Assembly (NCBI GenBank): GCA_045651285.1
Contig: JAZRSC010000014.1
Location: forward strand, 26,783 to 90,782
From: Acutalibacteraceae bacterium
GTDB lineage: Bacteria; Bacillota; Clostridia; Oscillospirales; Acutalibacteraceae
Direction: 5' to 3'
DNA length: 64,000 nucleotides
The notes below the pieces were generated by a model. The model was given only the letters and a program-made list of their open reading frames with translations. It ran no database searches and was not told the origin of the DNA. Below, piece after piece: positions 46,038 through 55,789 of the stretch; the first letter of the stretch is position 1; every line of letters begins with the position of its first letter. A program made the translations under genes and the position numbers.

Positions 46038-47924
46038 TTATTTTATCATTAAATCAACCAAAAGAGTGCTTAATTCTGCCGGGTCTTTTACAGAAACACC
46101 ACTTACAAGGCAACCTTGAGCATAAAGAATTTTCGCGTAATTTTTAAGTGTTTCTTTATCATTCTCGTAGAGTTTTTTAAGTTTTTCTACTAATTCGTGG
46201 TTTGCATTTATTTCAAGTGCAATTTCTGCTTTAACCTTTTGCTCATTACTTGGCATTGAGTTTAAAACCTTTTCCATTTCGAGCGACAAATTACCCTCAC
46301 TTGTGAGGCAAGAAGCATAATTTTTAAGGTTATTTGTGTAACGAACCTCTGAAACATCACCATTTAAAGCATCTTTAATAAATGTAAGCATTTCTTTATC
46401 TGCTTCATTTTTCTCATTCAATGCAGTTTTTTCATCTTCTGTATTAAGGTCGAGTTTTTCATCACATATATTTTGGAATTCTTTACCGTCATATTCGTGT
46501 AGCATTTTAACTGTGAATTCGTCAACATATTCTGTAAGATAAAGAATTTCAAAACCCTTTTCTTTAACTGCCTCTGTCTGTGGTAACATTTCAATTTTTT
46601 CAATTGTTTCGCCACAAGCATAGTAGATTTTTTCCTGACCGTCTTTTAGTCTTCCAATATACTCTTTGAGTGAAACCAAAGACTTGTCTCTAGAAGAATA
46701 GAATAAAACTAAATCTTTGAGATTATCTTTATTCATTCCGTAACTGTTATAAATACCGAACTTAATCTGCATACCGAAAGTTTTGAAAAATTCTTCATAC
46801 ACTTCTCTTTCGTTGTTAAGCATTTTTTCAAGTTCGGATTTAATTTTCTTTTCAATTGTTTTCGCAATAAGCTTTAATTGTGCATCGTGCTGGAGCATTT
46901 CACGAGAAATGTTTAAAGATAAATCTTCAGAATCTACAAGGCCTTTAATGAAGCTAAAATAATCAGGGAGTAAATCTTTACATTTTTCCATAATTAAAAC
47001 GCCTTTTGAATAAAGCTGTAAGCCTTTTTCAAAATCTTTTGAGTAATAGTCAAATGGTGCATGTTTTGGAATAAACATAAGCGAGCTATAAGTTGCATTA
47101 CCCTCTGTTTTTGAGTGAATTACTTTTGCAGGTGCTTCGTAATCATAGAATTTTTCACTGTAAAAATTATTGTAATCTTCGTCAGTTACTTCGTTTTTAT
47201 TTTTCTTCCAGATTGGCACACGACTATTGAGAGTTTTGTCTGTAATTACTGTTTCGTATTCATTTTCAGTACCATCTTTTAACTCTTTGCTTTCAACATA
47301 CATCTTAATCGGGTGGCGAATGTAGTCCGAATATTTTTTAACAAGTGATTCCAATTTATATGTTTCTAAATACTGACTGTAATTATCCTCCTCAGTATCC
47401 TCTTTAAGCTTTAAAGTAATAACAGTACCAAAATTATCCTTTTCACATTCTTCAATAGTGTATCCATCTGCACCAGTTGAAACCCAACGATATGCTTTAT
47501 CGCTACCAAATGCCTTACTTTCAACTGTTACACTTTCACTTACCATAAATGCAGAATAGAAACCGACACCAAACTGACCAATAATATCAACATCTTCACT
47601 TTGTTCATTTTCTGTTTTGAATGCCAATGAACCACTTTTTGCAATAGTACCCAAATTATTTTCAAGTTCGTCTTCTGTCATACCGCAACCATTATCTGCA
47701 ATTGTAAGAGTGCGGTTGTTTTTGTCAACAGACAAACGAATGCAGAAATCGTCTTTATTAAGACCTACACTAGAATCTGTAAGTGATTTAAAATATAATT
47801 TATCAAGTGCGTCACTTGCGTTTGAAATAATTTCACGAATAAACACTTCTTTATGGGTATAGATTGAGTTAATCATCATATCCATAAGCTTTTTACTTTC
47901 TGCTTTAAATTGCTTTTTTCTCAT
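46038..47924 (-). CDS. htpG: molecular chaperone HtpG (Hsp90)
   Basis: 628 aa. [37 protein letters not shown] and [14 protein letters not shown]. Confidence 0.95.
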   Translation of the reverse strand: [628 protein letters not shown]

Positions 47925-47956
47925 TTTAATACTTCCTTTATTGTAATAATTTATAT

Positions 47957-48679
47957 TTAAGTTTTTGTTCTTTCTCTTAACATCTGTTCGCGTTTTTCGA
48001 GTTCTTTCAATTCTTTTTCTCTTTTTTTCTCATCTAACCACTCGTTACGCCTTCTTTTACCATCATTACAAACGACTTGCATTTCTTTTGCAACTTCTAA
48101 AGCATTTTTAACACCGTGTACTTTTATATCTCTACCTAAAAGACCTATAACTATTGTTCCCGTTTTAAGAAGTCCAAAAGTAGAACCAGTAACATTTATA
48201 TACCCTGATGGATCGGTTAACTCATACATATAACTTCTTCTTCGAAAAATCCATCTTGGAATTCTCATCATATCCTCATTTTTTCTTATATCAATAAATA
48301 GGATTTCTTCATAAAGCACATACCATGTTTTATTGAATGGTAAATTAAGATAAAACCCTTTATCATCATATTCAATAAGATTTATAGGTTGTACAAGTCT
48401 TCTGTTAAAAGCGTACAATGAATATGCTGAACCTGCAATTGAATATATAGTGTACCAAAAAGGATTTAGCGGAAGTCCCCGTCTTCTGAAAGTGCGTCTT
48501 ACAGTATATTTATCTATAATTTCACCAAGTCGTTCAGCTGTTTCCATATCATCATTGGCTAATGCATTCCAGTAATCAGTAAGCATATTGCCGAAATACC
48601 ATGCTATTACTACACAAGCTATAAATAATAACGGATAAATAAATAAACACATATTTGCTCTTTTACCTAAAACTTTCAT
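47957..48679 (-). CDS. hypothetical membrane protein with charged coiled C-terminus
   Basis: 240 aa with two N-terminal hydrophobic segments. C-terminal KRRRNEWLDEKKREKELKELEKREQMLRER. Confidence 0.4.
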   Translation of the reverse strand: MKVLGKRANMCLFIYPLLFIACVVIAWYFGNMLTDYWNALANDDMETAERLGEIIDKYTVRRTFRRRGLPLNPFWYTIYSIAGSAYSLYAFNRRLVQPINLIEYDDKGFYLNLPFNKTWYVLYEEILFIDIRKNEDMMRIPRWIFRRRSYMYELTDPSGYINVTGSTFGLLKTGTIVIGLLGRDIKVHGVKNALEVAKEMQVVCNDGKRRRNEWLDEKKREKELKELEKREQMLRERTKT

Positions 48680-48812
48680 ATTTCACTTCCCTTAAAAACA
48701 TCACGAAAATAATACCACAAACCATTAGAAAATACAAGATTTCACTTTATTTTTCCAATGTTTTATGCTATAATATATCGGTATATTATTTGTTAGAAGA
48801 GGATGTATTATT

Positions 48813-50966
48813 TTGGATATTGTTAAACAGTTAAGTACCGAATTTTCAATGAGCGAAATGCACATTACTAATGTCATAAATTTAATTGACGATGGCAACA
48901 CAATTCCGTTTATTGCGCGTTATAGAAAAGAAATGCACGGTTCTTGTGATGACCAGAAATTAAGAGATATTTTCGACAGACTTACATACATAAGAAACCT
49001 TGAAAAAAGAAAAGAAGAAGTTACAAATTCTATTGAAGAGCAAGGCAAAATGACCGAGGAATTAGCTGAAGCTATTTCTAAAGCAATTACTTTAGCAGAG
49101 GTAGAAGATATTTACAGACCTTATAAACAAAAGCGTAAAACAAGAGCATCTGTTGCTAAAGAAAAAGGGTTAGAACCTCTTGCAGAATTACTCTTCGGTT
49201 TCACCTTAAAAGGTGTAGATTTAAACGAAGTTGCAAAAGATTTTGTCGACACAGAAAAAGGTGTTGAAACTGTAGAGGATGCTTTACAAGGTGCATCTGA
49301 CATTATTGCAGAAATTATTTCTGACTCTGCAGAAGCAAGAAAACTTTTAAAAGAGCTTATAGATAAAACAGGTATTGTCCGTTCACTTGCTAAAAAAGAA
49401 GAAGATAGCGTTTACTCAATGTATTATGACTATTCTGAAGCAGTCAAGAAAATTCCAAGCCACAGAATTTTAGCAATTAACCGTGGTGAAAACGAAGAAT
49501 TTTTAAAGGTTTCAATTGAAGTCAACGAAGATGAAGCAATTAAAATTTTAAATAACCTTTTCATTACAGAGGGTAGTTCTTCAACAGATTTCTGTAAAGA
49601 AAGCGTAAAAGACAGTTACTCCCGTCTTATCTTCCCATCTCTCGAAAGAGAAATAAGAAGCAACTTAACAGAAAAAGCAGATGAACAAGCAATTAAAATG
49701 TTCGGTAGCAACTTAAAGCCATTACTTATGCAACCACCTATTAAAAATAAAACTGTTTTAGCAGTTGACCCTGCTTACAGAACTGGTTGCAAGCTCGCAA
49801 TTGTTGATGGTAACAGTAAGGTTCTCTTTACAGGTGTTATTTACCCTACACCACCACAATCTAAAATTGCAGAATCAGAAAAAACAGTTTTAGGACTTAT
49901 TGATAAATATGAAATCGACTGTATTTCTGTTGGTAATGGTACTGCAAGTAAAGAGGCGGAAATTTTTGTTGCAGATACAATAAAAAAAGCTTCTAGACCA
50001 GTTACTTATATGGTAGTAAACGAAGCTGGTGCTTCTGTTTACTCTGCTTCAAAGCTCGGTGCAGAAGAATTTCCCGACTTTGATGTTTCTGTTCGTTCTG
50101 CTGTTTCTATTGCGAGAAGACTTCAGGACCCTCTTTCAGAGCTTGTTAAGATTGAGCCAAAAAGCATTGGTGTTGGTCAGTATCAGCACGATGTTCCACC
50201 TGCAAGACTTAACGAATCACTCACAGGTGTTGTTGAAGATTGTGTAAACTCTGTTGGTGTTGATTTAAACACTGCATCTGTTTCACTTTTAAAATATATT
50301 GCTGGTGTTTCTTCTGCAACTGCCAAAAACATTGTTGCATTCCGTGAAGAAAACAATGGTTTTAAAAGCAGAACAGATTTAAAGAAGGTTAAAGGCTTAG
50401 GTCCTAAAGCATTTTTACAATGTGCAGGTTTCCTTAGAATTCCTAATGGTAAAACACCACTTGATAACACAGGCGTTCACCCTGAATCTTATGATGTTGC
50501 TAAAAAGTTACTTTCTCTTTTTGAATACTCTGAAAAAGACGCAACAAAAAATGGTGCTGATGGTTTAAAACAAAAAGTTGAAAATTATGGTTTAGAAAAA
50601 GCTGCTAATGAATGTGGTACAGGTACACCTACACTTATCGATATTATAGGTGAACTTGAAAAACCAGGCAGAGATATTCGTGACGAGTTACCAAAACCAA
50701 TGTTAAGAACTGATGTTATGGATATGAATGACCTCAAAGAAGGTATGGTTTTAACCGGTACAGTAAGAAATGTTATTGACTTTGGTGTATTTGTTGATAT
50801 TGCAGTTCATCAGGATGGACTTGTTCATATTTCGCAGATTTGCGACAGATATATAAAGCACCCGTCAGAAGTTTTAAAAGTTGGTGATATTGTTAAGGTT
50901 AAGGTTATGTCAGTTGATGTAGCTAAAAAGAGAATTTCACTTACAATGAAAGAAGTAGAGCAATAA
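48813..50966 (+). CDS. tex: Tex-like transcription accessory protein (YqgF/HhH/S1 domains)
   Basis: 717 aa. NTIPFIARYRKE N-terminus and a C-terminal S1 domain (GTVRNVIDFGVFVDI...DGLVHISQI...VGDIVKVKV). TTG start. Confidence 0.9.
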   Translation: MDIVKQLSTEFSMSEMHITNVINLIDDGNTIPFIARYRKEMHGSCDDQKLRDIFDRLTYIRNLEKRKEEVTNSIEEQGKMTEELAEAISKAITLAEVEDIYRPYKQKRKTRASVAKEKGLEPLAELLFGFTLKGVDLNEVAKDFVDTEKGVETVEDALQGASDIIAEIISDSAEARKLLKELIDKTGIVRSLAKKEEDSVYSMYYDYSEAVKKIPSHRILAINRGENEEFLKVSIEVNEDEAIKILNNLFITEGSSSTDFCKESVKDSYSRLIFPSLEREIRSNLTEKADEQAIKMFGSNLKPLLMQPPIKNKTVLAVDPAYRTGCKLAIVDGNSKVLFTGVIYPTPPQSKIAESEKTVLGLIDKYEIDCISVGNGTASKEAEIFVADTIKKASRPVTYMVVNEAGASVYSASKLGAEEFPDFDVSVRSAVSIARRLQDPLSELVKIEPKSIGVGQYQHDVPPARLNESLTGVVEDCVNSVGVDLNTASVSLLKYIAGVSSATAKNIVAFREENNGFKSRTDLKKVKGLGPKAFLQCAGFLRIPNGKTPLDNTGVHPESYDVAKKLLSLFEYSEKDATKNGADGLKQKVENYGLEKAANECGTGTPTLIDIIGELEKPGRDIRDELPKPMLRTDVMDMNDLKEGMVLTGTVRNVIDFGVFVDIAVHQDGLVHISQICDRYIKHPSEVLKVGDIVKVKVMSVDVAKKRISLTMKEVEQ

Positions 50967-51055
50967 TTAAAAAAGTAGTGACAAATACTTATATTTGTGA
51001 TATACTCGTTTTTGTATTTAATTTTGGATTTTAAAAATATTTGAGAGGTACTAAA

Positions 51056-51943
51056 ATGCTTGAACTCGATAACGCTTTAAATCTTATTGTAAAAGGTTTA
51101 GAAAGCACTACAAAAGAATTAGGCTTCAAGGTTGTTTACCCTGATGGTGTAACCCCACCTGAAGCACCAGTTTTTAAAGAAAACGACATTTCTTACATCA
51201 GTTACACAGGTGAAAAAGGAAGAATAAGAATTATATTCAAGAAAAAGCAACTTGCTTTACATTGTGCAACTGCTGATGAAGAAGATATTGCTGATGATGA
51301 CATGAAAAGGATTTCGCTCTCTCTTCTTGAGTTAGACGAATATGAAGAAAAAGATTTAACGTACATCTTCGATGAATTTACAGACTCACTTCTTAACACA
51401 TTCAAATCAAAACACGATTTGCGTGGTAATGTTAAAATGCCAACACCAGTTTCAAAATCAAAAGCAAAAAATGGTGTTCAGTATTTTGACGCAGTTACAT
51501 TAGGTAGTAAAATAGGTAATATTTACCCTGAATTAAAAGAAGAATATAAAAATAATGTTACTGAATATGGCGAGTTTCTTCCCGAAGAATTCTTTGTTAC
51601 ACATGGTAACAAATTTATAGAAGAAACAATTCGTCAGAACGACAAACAAAAAATGCGTAAGCTCTTTAATACACTTAACGAGATTTATGATGATGGCACA
51701 AATGATACTCAAAGTCTTATAGGTGTTACGATTTTAGGTACAATTCTCAGCGAGAATCTTGACCTTTTACCTATTGCTGAACCTTACTTTGGTGATGTTA
51801 TGAAAGAGCCTGTTACTGAAATAATTAAATATCTTTCTTCACCAAGAAGCAAGGGTGCTAAAATGAGACTCAAAAACCCACCAATTTACAAACCAAAAAC
51901 AAAAAAGAAAAAAGGTTTCTTACAAGAAATGATGGGAATGTAA
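51056..51943 (+). CDS. hypothetical cytoplasmic protein
   Basis: 295 aa from the ATG at 51056 (GAGAGG RBS). The track starts at the TTG at 51041. No recognisable family. Confidence 0.45.
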   Translation: MLELDNALNLIVKGLESTTKELGFKVVYPDGVTPPEAPVFKENDISYISYTGEKGRIRIIFKKKQLALHCATADEEDIADDDMKRISLSLLELDEYEEKDLTYIFDEFTDSLLNTFKSKHDLRGNVKMPTPVSKSKAKNGVQYFDAVTLGSKIGNIYPELKEEYKNNVTEYGEFLPEEFFVTHGNKFIEETIRQNDKQKMRKLFNTLNEIYDDGTNDTQSLIGVTILGTILSENLDLLPIAEPYFGDVMKEPVTEIIKYLSSPRSKGAKMRLKNPPIYKPKTKKKKGFLQEMMGM

Positions 51944-51949
51944 TTAAAA

Positions 51950-51980
51950 GGCGATGTGTGAAAACACATCGCCAATTTTA
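51950..51980 (+). terminator. intrinsic terminator
   Basis: GGCGATGTGT-GAAA-ACACATCGCC followed by AATTTTATTT. Confidence 0.6.
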
Positions 51981-52063
51981 TTTGTCTTACGACAAGTTAT
52001 AAGTTATAATTGCTTCGCAAGTTAAAATAGAAATAGATACACTTTTTTGTCGAATTAATTTAA

Positions 52064-52129
52064 ATGCAGAAGGCTTTTTCTTCACCCCGACCACATACAA
52101 ATGTATGCCGAGCGGGTGAAAAAATGACT
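52064..52129. repeat. solitary copy of the family-2 hairpin repeat
   Basis: ATGCAGAAGGCTTTTTCTTCACCCCGA-CCACATACAAATGTATGC-CGAGCGGGTGAAAAAATGACT. Same arms as 45685-45735; the loop differs but is itself palindromic (CATACA/TGTATG). Confidence 0.8.
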
Positions 52130-52188
52130 AACCCTCGAAACTCCTATAGAGTTTCGAGGGTATTCTGCGTTAAATTAGTCGATAAAAA

Positions 52189-53229
52189 TTATTCTTCGCG
52201 TTTTTTGCGTGTTAACACAAATGTCGCTGCAGCTGCTACGCAAACTGTTGCTGCAAGAGCAATACCTGCATCGCCTGTACCTTCAGAACCGCTTGATGAA
52301 CCAGCTGAAGTTGTTGCATTCGCTGCATTTGTTGTAGCCTGAGCCTTAGTTGTATCATCATCGCCACCGAAAAGACCCATAAAGAAGTCAATGATAGCAT
52401 TAAGAATATCTTCAAATGAATCGAAGTCAAGACCTAAACCTTTGAGAATTTCAAGGAACGCATCACTTATACTGAATGCACCATCAACAAGTTGTTCAAT
52501 CATATCAGTGATTTCTGCATTACCAATAAGATTTAAAATTGCGTCTGCATAATCTTCAAAAGTAACACCGTTACCTGAAAGTAAATCTCTGATAACCTGA
52601 ATAAGTGCATTGGTTGAATTTGCATCTGCAGGAGCCTCTGTTGTTTCTTCTGCATTAGGGTCTGTTGTAATTTGTTCTGGAAGATTTAATGTAATGATTT
52701 GTGATTCTACAAGAGTTGTTGTGATAATCTCGTTAGAATCGTTGCCATCTTCTGTAAGGAATTCGTTAACATAAAGGTTAATTGTTGTTGAAGGTTGTGT
52801 TGAATCAATAATTTTGAAAGTTATGTAAACTAAATCTTTCGCAGATTTCTTTGTTACACCACTTGTTGAAATAAAACCAAATGAATATTGATATTTATTT
52901 GATTTAAGACCGTGAGCCCATTCACCACTGAAGTTTGGAATAAAGTTACCATCAGCATCTTCAGCACCTACAGGACCAGCATTTACAACTTTAAGTTGTT
53001 CTGTATCAAAATCAACAAACATATTAAGACCAACGAGCTTTGTTATTGCAGGTGATTTAACAACCACTGTAAAAGTATCAGTTGTTACTGATGATACCTC
53101 TAATGCCGCTGCATCATAAGAGCCTTCTATTACGCGTGTAGCAAGACCAGGTGTTGCTACTGCAAAAGCAGTTGGCATAATTCCTGCAAATATCAATACC
53201 GCAAGAAGGACTGCGAGAACTTTCTTCAT
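52189..53229 (-). CDS. cell-surface protein: signal peptide + cohesin-like domain + acidic helical linker + C-terminal hydrophobic anchor
   Basis: 346 aa. MKKVLAVLLAVLIFAGIMPTAFA signal peptide. The cohesin-like block LVGLNMFVDFDTEQLKVVNAGPVGAEDADGN...YSFGFISTSG...LVYITFKIID...TINLYV is paralogous to the N-termini of 23927-27931 and 28025-30703. C-terminus: GIALAATVCVAAAATFVLTRKKREE. Confidence 0.6.
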   Translation of the reverse strand: MKKVLAVLLAVLIFAGIMPTAFAVATPGLATRVIEGSYDAAALEVSSVTTDTFTVVVKSPAITKLVGLNMFVDFDTEQLKVVNAGPVGAEDADGNFIPNFSGEWAHGLKSNKYQYSFGFISTSGVTKKSAKDLVYITFKIIDSTQPSTTINLYVNEFLTEDGNDSNEIITTTLVESQIITLNLPEQITTDPNAEETTEAPADANSTNALIQVIRDLLSGNGVTFEDYADAILNLIGNAEITDMIEQLVDGAFSISDAFLEILKGLGLDFDSFEDILNAIIDFFMGLFGGDDDTTKAQATTNAANATTSAGSSSGSEGTGDAGIALAATVCVAAAATFVLTRKKREE

Positions 53230-53485
53230 TCAAATCTTCCTTTACATAATTCTTTAATACACTGAAAGTCTAAACACCCAAAAGGGCATAGTTAGACACC
53301 TATAATTCTTGAACCATTATATTACATTTTGGGTATGAATGTCAATAGATATTTAACGAAATAATTTTTATTTTCAATTTATTTAAAATTTGCAGAGTGC
53401 TCAAAAATCGCATAAATTGTGGTTTTTTTCGAGTTTTCGTCACATCATACAAAAAGTAGTATATTTTTTCGTTATAAAAATTTTA

Positions 53486-55789
53486 TCATTCCAACAATTT
53501 TTTTATACTTTCGAGTGTATTTAAAGCATTTTCATCGCCTTTATAGTTTCTTAAATCACCTTTTATAAAAGAAATTATATTTCCATCATTTGAATTTTCA
53601 GCTGCAACAAGACCGAAAACACCTAATGAACATGATTTTCTCAAATCAACCGGCTTCATTTTAACTGCCTTGCCATTTATTGTTCGTCTTGTGAATTCAC
53701 AAGCATTTTCACAACCCTTACAAATAAATTCACTTTCAAGATATGGCAATACAATATTTTTAACTGTAGGAGTGCAAGAAGTAAGCGCACCAGTCGGGCA
53801 AGTATTTACACAAGCACCACAAGAAACGCAATTGCTTTCACTGAGTGGTAAATCAAATGCATTCATTGGAATTGTGCCGAAGCCTCTGCCAAAAAGACCA
53901 AGATTTTCAGTGTGTGAAACCTCATTACAAACTCTGACACAAAGACCACAAAGAATACATTTATTATTATCCCTTACAATAAATGGATGACTCTTATCTT
54001 TTTTGTACTGTCTTGTTTCACCAGACATATTCATTTCCCAACTGTCATATTCTCTCATTAACGGAAGAAGCTGACAGTCGTAAACTGACGCACATCCACA
54101 TTCGAGACAACGAGACGCTTCTTTTTGTGCCTCTTCTTTCGCTAAAACAGATGCCACTTCATTAAAATTATTTCTTCTTACATCTGCATTTTCAAGAGTC
54201 ACTTTAACTCTATCAATTTTTTCTGTACCACATAATACTTCTTTGTCAAAGCTTTTATTTTCTGCATATTGTGGTAATTCAAGGGTTAAATCTATTCCGT
54301 TAAGATAACAGTCAATACTTCTTGCGGCATTTTTACCACCAGCAATTGCCCTTACTGCAATATCAGTACCTTTATTTATAACATCACCTGCGGCAAAAAC
54401 TCCCTCAAGAGATGTTTTAAATGAACTTTCGTCTGCTGAAACTGTACCTTTTTTAGTAAGTTCAAGTTCTTTCACATCACCTGATACAACTTGTTGACCT
54501 ATTGCAGAAATAATAGTATCACAATAAAGAATTTCTGTTTCACCCTCTATTGCAACAGGACTTCTTCTGCCACTCGCATCGGGTTCACCAAGTTCCATCT
54601 TCTGAAGATTTATACCTTTGACTTTACCATTTTCTGTTACAACATTGAGCGGTGCAACAAGGAATTTAAAATTAACGCCCTCATCTTTTGCATCTTTAAT
54701 TTCATCTTTTTCAGCAGGCATTTCACTTTCAGTTCTTCTATAAATGAGAGTAACATTTTCTGCACCAAGACGAACTGCAGTTCTTACTGCATCTATTGCA
54801 GTATTACCACCGCCGACAACTGCAACATTTTTGCCAAGGTCAACATTCTCACCAATAGCAGTTTTGTAGAGCATATCTATGCCACCGATTACACCTGTTG
54901 CATTATCGCCATCAACACGAAGTGAACTACTTTTCCATGCACCTGTTCCAACAAACACTGCGTCATATTCTGTTTTTAAACTTTCAATAGTAAAATCTCT
55001 GCCCAGTTTTTTATTATAATTAAAATGAGCACCCATCTTTTCAATGTTTTCTATCTCTTTATCTAAAACATCTTTAGGAAGTCTGTAAGCAGGAATACCG
55101 AAACGAAGCATACCACCAGCCTGTGATTGTGCTTCAAAAACATCTACACTATAACCTCTTAAAAGCAAGAAATATGCACAAGAAAGCCCCGCAGGACCAC
55201 CACCTACTACTGCAACTTTCTTACCATTTTTAGTTTCACATTCTGGAATATAGTCAGTATATTCATCAGAAGCGAAACGTTTGAGTGAGCATATAGAAAC
55301 TGCTCCCTCAAGATGATTTCTTCTACAAGCCTCTTCACAAGGATGAGGACACACTCTGCCTATTGAACGAGGAAGCGGATTGTCTTTTTTTATTATTTTA
55401 ATTGCTTCTTCTGTTTCACCATTTGCAATTAACCCCACATAGCCTTGAATATCCTGATGAGTGGGGCACGCTTTAAAGCACGGTGCTTTACAGTCCCCCG
55501 TATGGTCTGAAAGAATTAAAGAAAGTGAAACTTTTCTGCTTTTTTCAAGTGTCTCTGTACTTGTAGTAACCTTCATACCCTCTGTAACAGTAGTAGAACA
55601 AGCACGGAGAGGTTTGTTTACACCCTCAACCATCACAAGACAAAGACCGCAACCACCATAGCTTTCTATTTCTTTGTTATGACAAAGGTGAGGTAAGTTT
55701 ATTCCGTTATCAAGAATATTATCTAAAAGAGTTTTTTCTGTATCTGCTTTACACTCTTTACCGTTAATAAAAATATTAACAATACTCAT
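53486..55789 (-). CDS. fusion protein: 2Fe-2S ferredoxin + GltD/NfnB-like NADPH:FAD oxidoreductase + NuoG/HydA-N-terminal-like Fe-S domains (StnC-like)
   Basis: 767 aa. N-terminal CHNKEIESYGGCGLC...LRAC. GltD-type CP.HQDI...RVCPHPCEEAC. Two dinucleotide folds (VAVVGGGPAGL, VAVVGGGNTAID). C-terminal CILCGLCVRVC and CVSCGACVNTCPTGAL. No H-cluster domain. Confidence 0.65.
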   Translation of the reverse strand: MSIVNIFINGKECKADTEKTLLDNILDNGINLPHLCHNKEIESYGGCGLCLVMVEGVNKPLRACSTTVTEGMKVTTSTETLEKSRKVSLSLILSDHTGDCKAPCFKACPTHQDIQGYVGLIANGETEEAIKIIKKDNPLPRSIGRVCPHPCEEACRRNHLEGAVSICSLKRFASDEYTDYIPECETKNGKKVAVVGGGPAGLSCAYFLLLRGYSVDVFEAQSQAGGMLRFGIPAYRLPKDVLDKEIENIEKMGAHFNYNKKLGRDFTIESLKTEYDAVFVGTGAWKSSSLRVDGDNATGVIGGIDMLYKTAIGENVDLGKNVAVVGGGNTAIDAVRTAVRLGAENVTLIYRRTESEMPAEKDEIKDAKDEGVNFKFLVAPLNVVTENGKVKGINLQKMELGEPDASGRRSPVAIEGETEILYCDTIISAIGQQVVSGDVKELELTKKGTVSADESSFKTSLEGVFAAGDVINKGTDIAVRAIAGGKNAARSIDCYLNGIDLTLELPQYAENKSFDKEVLCGTEKIDRVKVTLENADVRRNNFNEVASVLAKEEAQKEASRCLECGCASVYDCQLLPLMREYDSWEMNMSGETRQYKKDKSHPFIVRDNNKCILCGLCVRVCNEVSHTENLGLFGRGFGTIPMNAFDLPLSESNCVSCGACVNTCPTGALTSCTPTVKNIVLPYLESEFICKGCENACEFTRRTINGKAVKMKPVDLRKSCSLGVFGLVAAENSNDGNIISFIKGDLRNYKGDENALNTLESIKKLLE

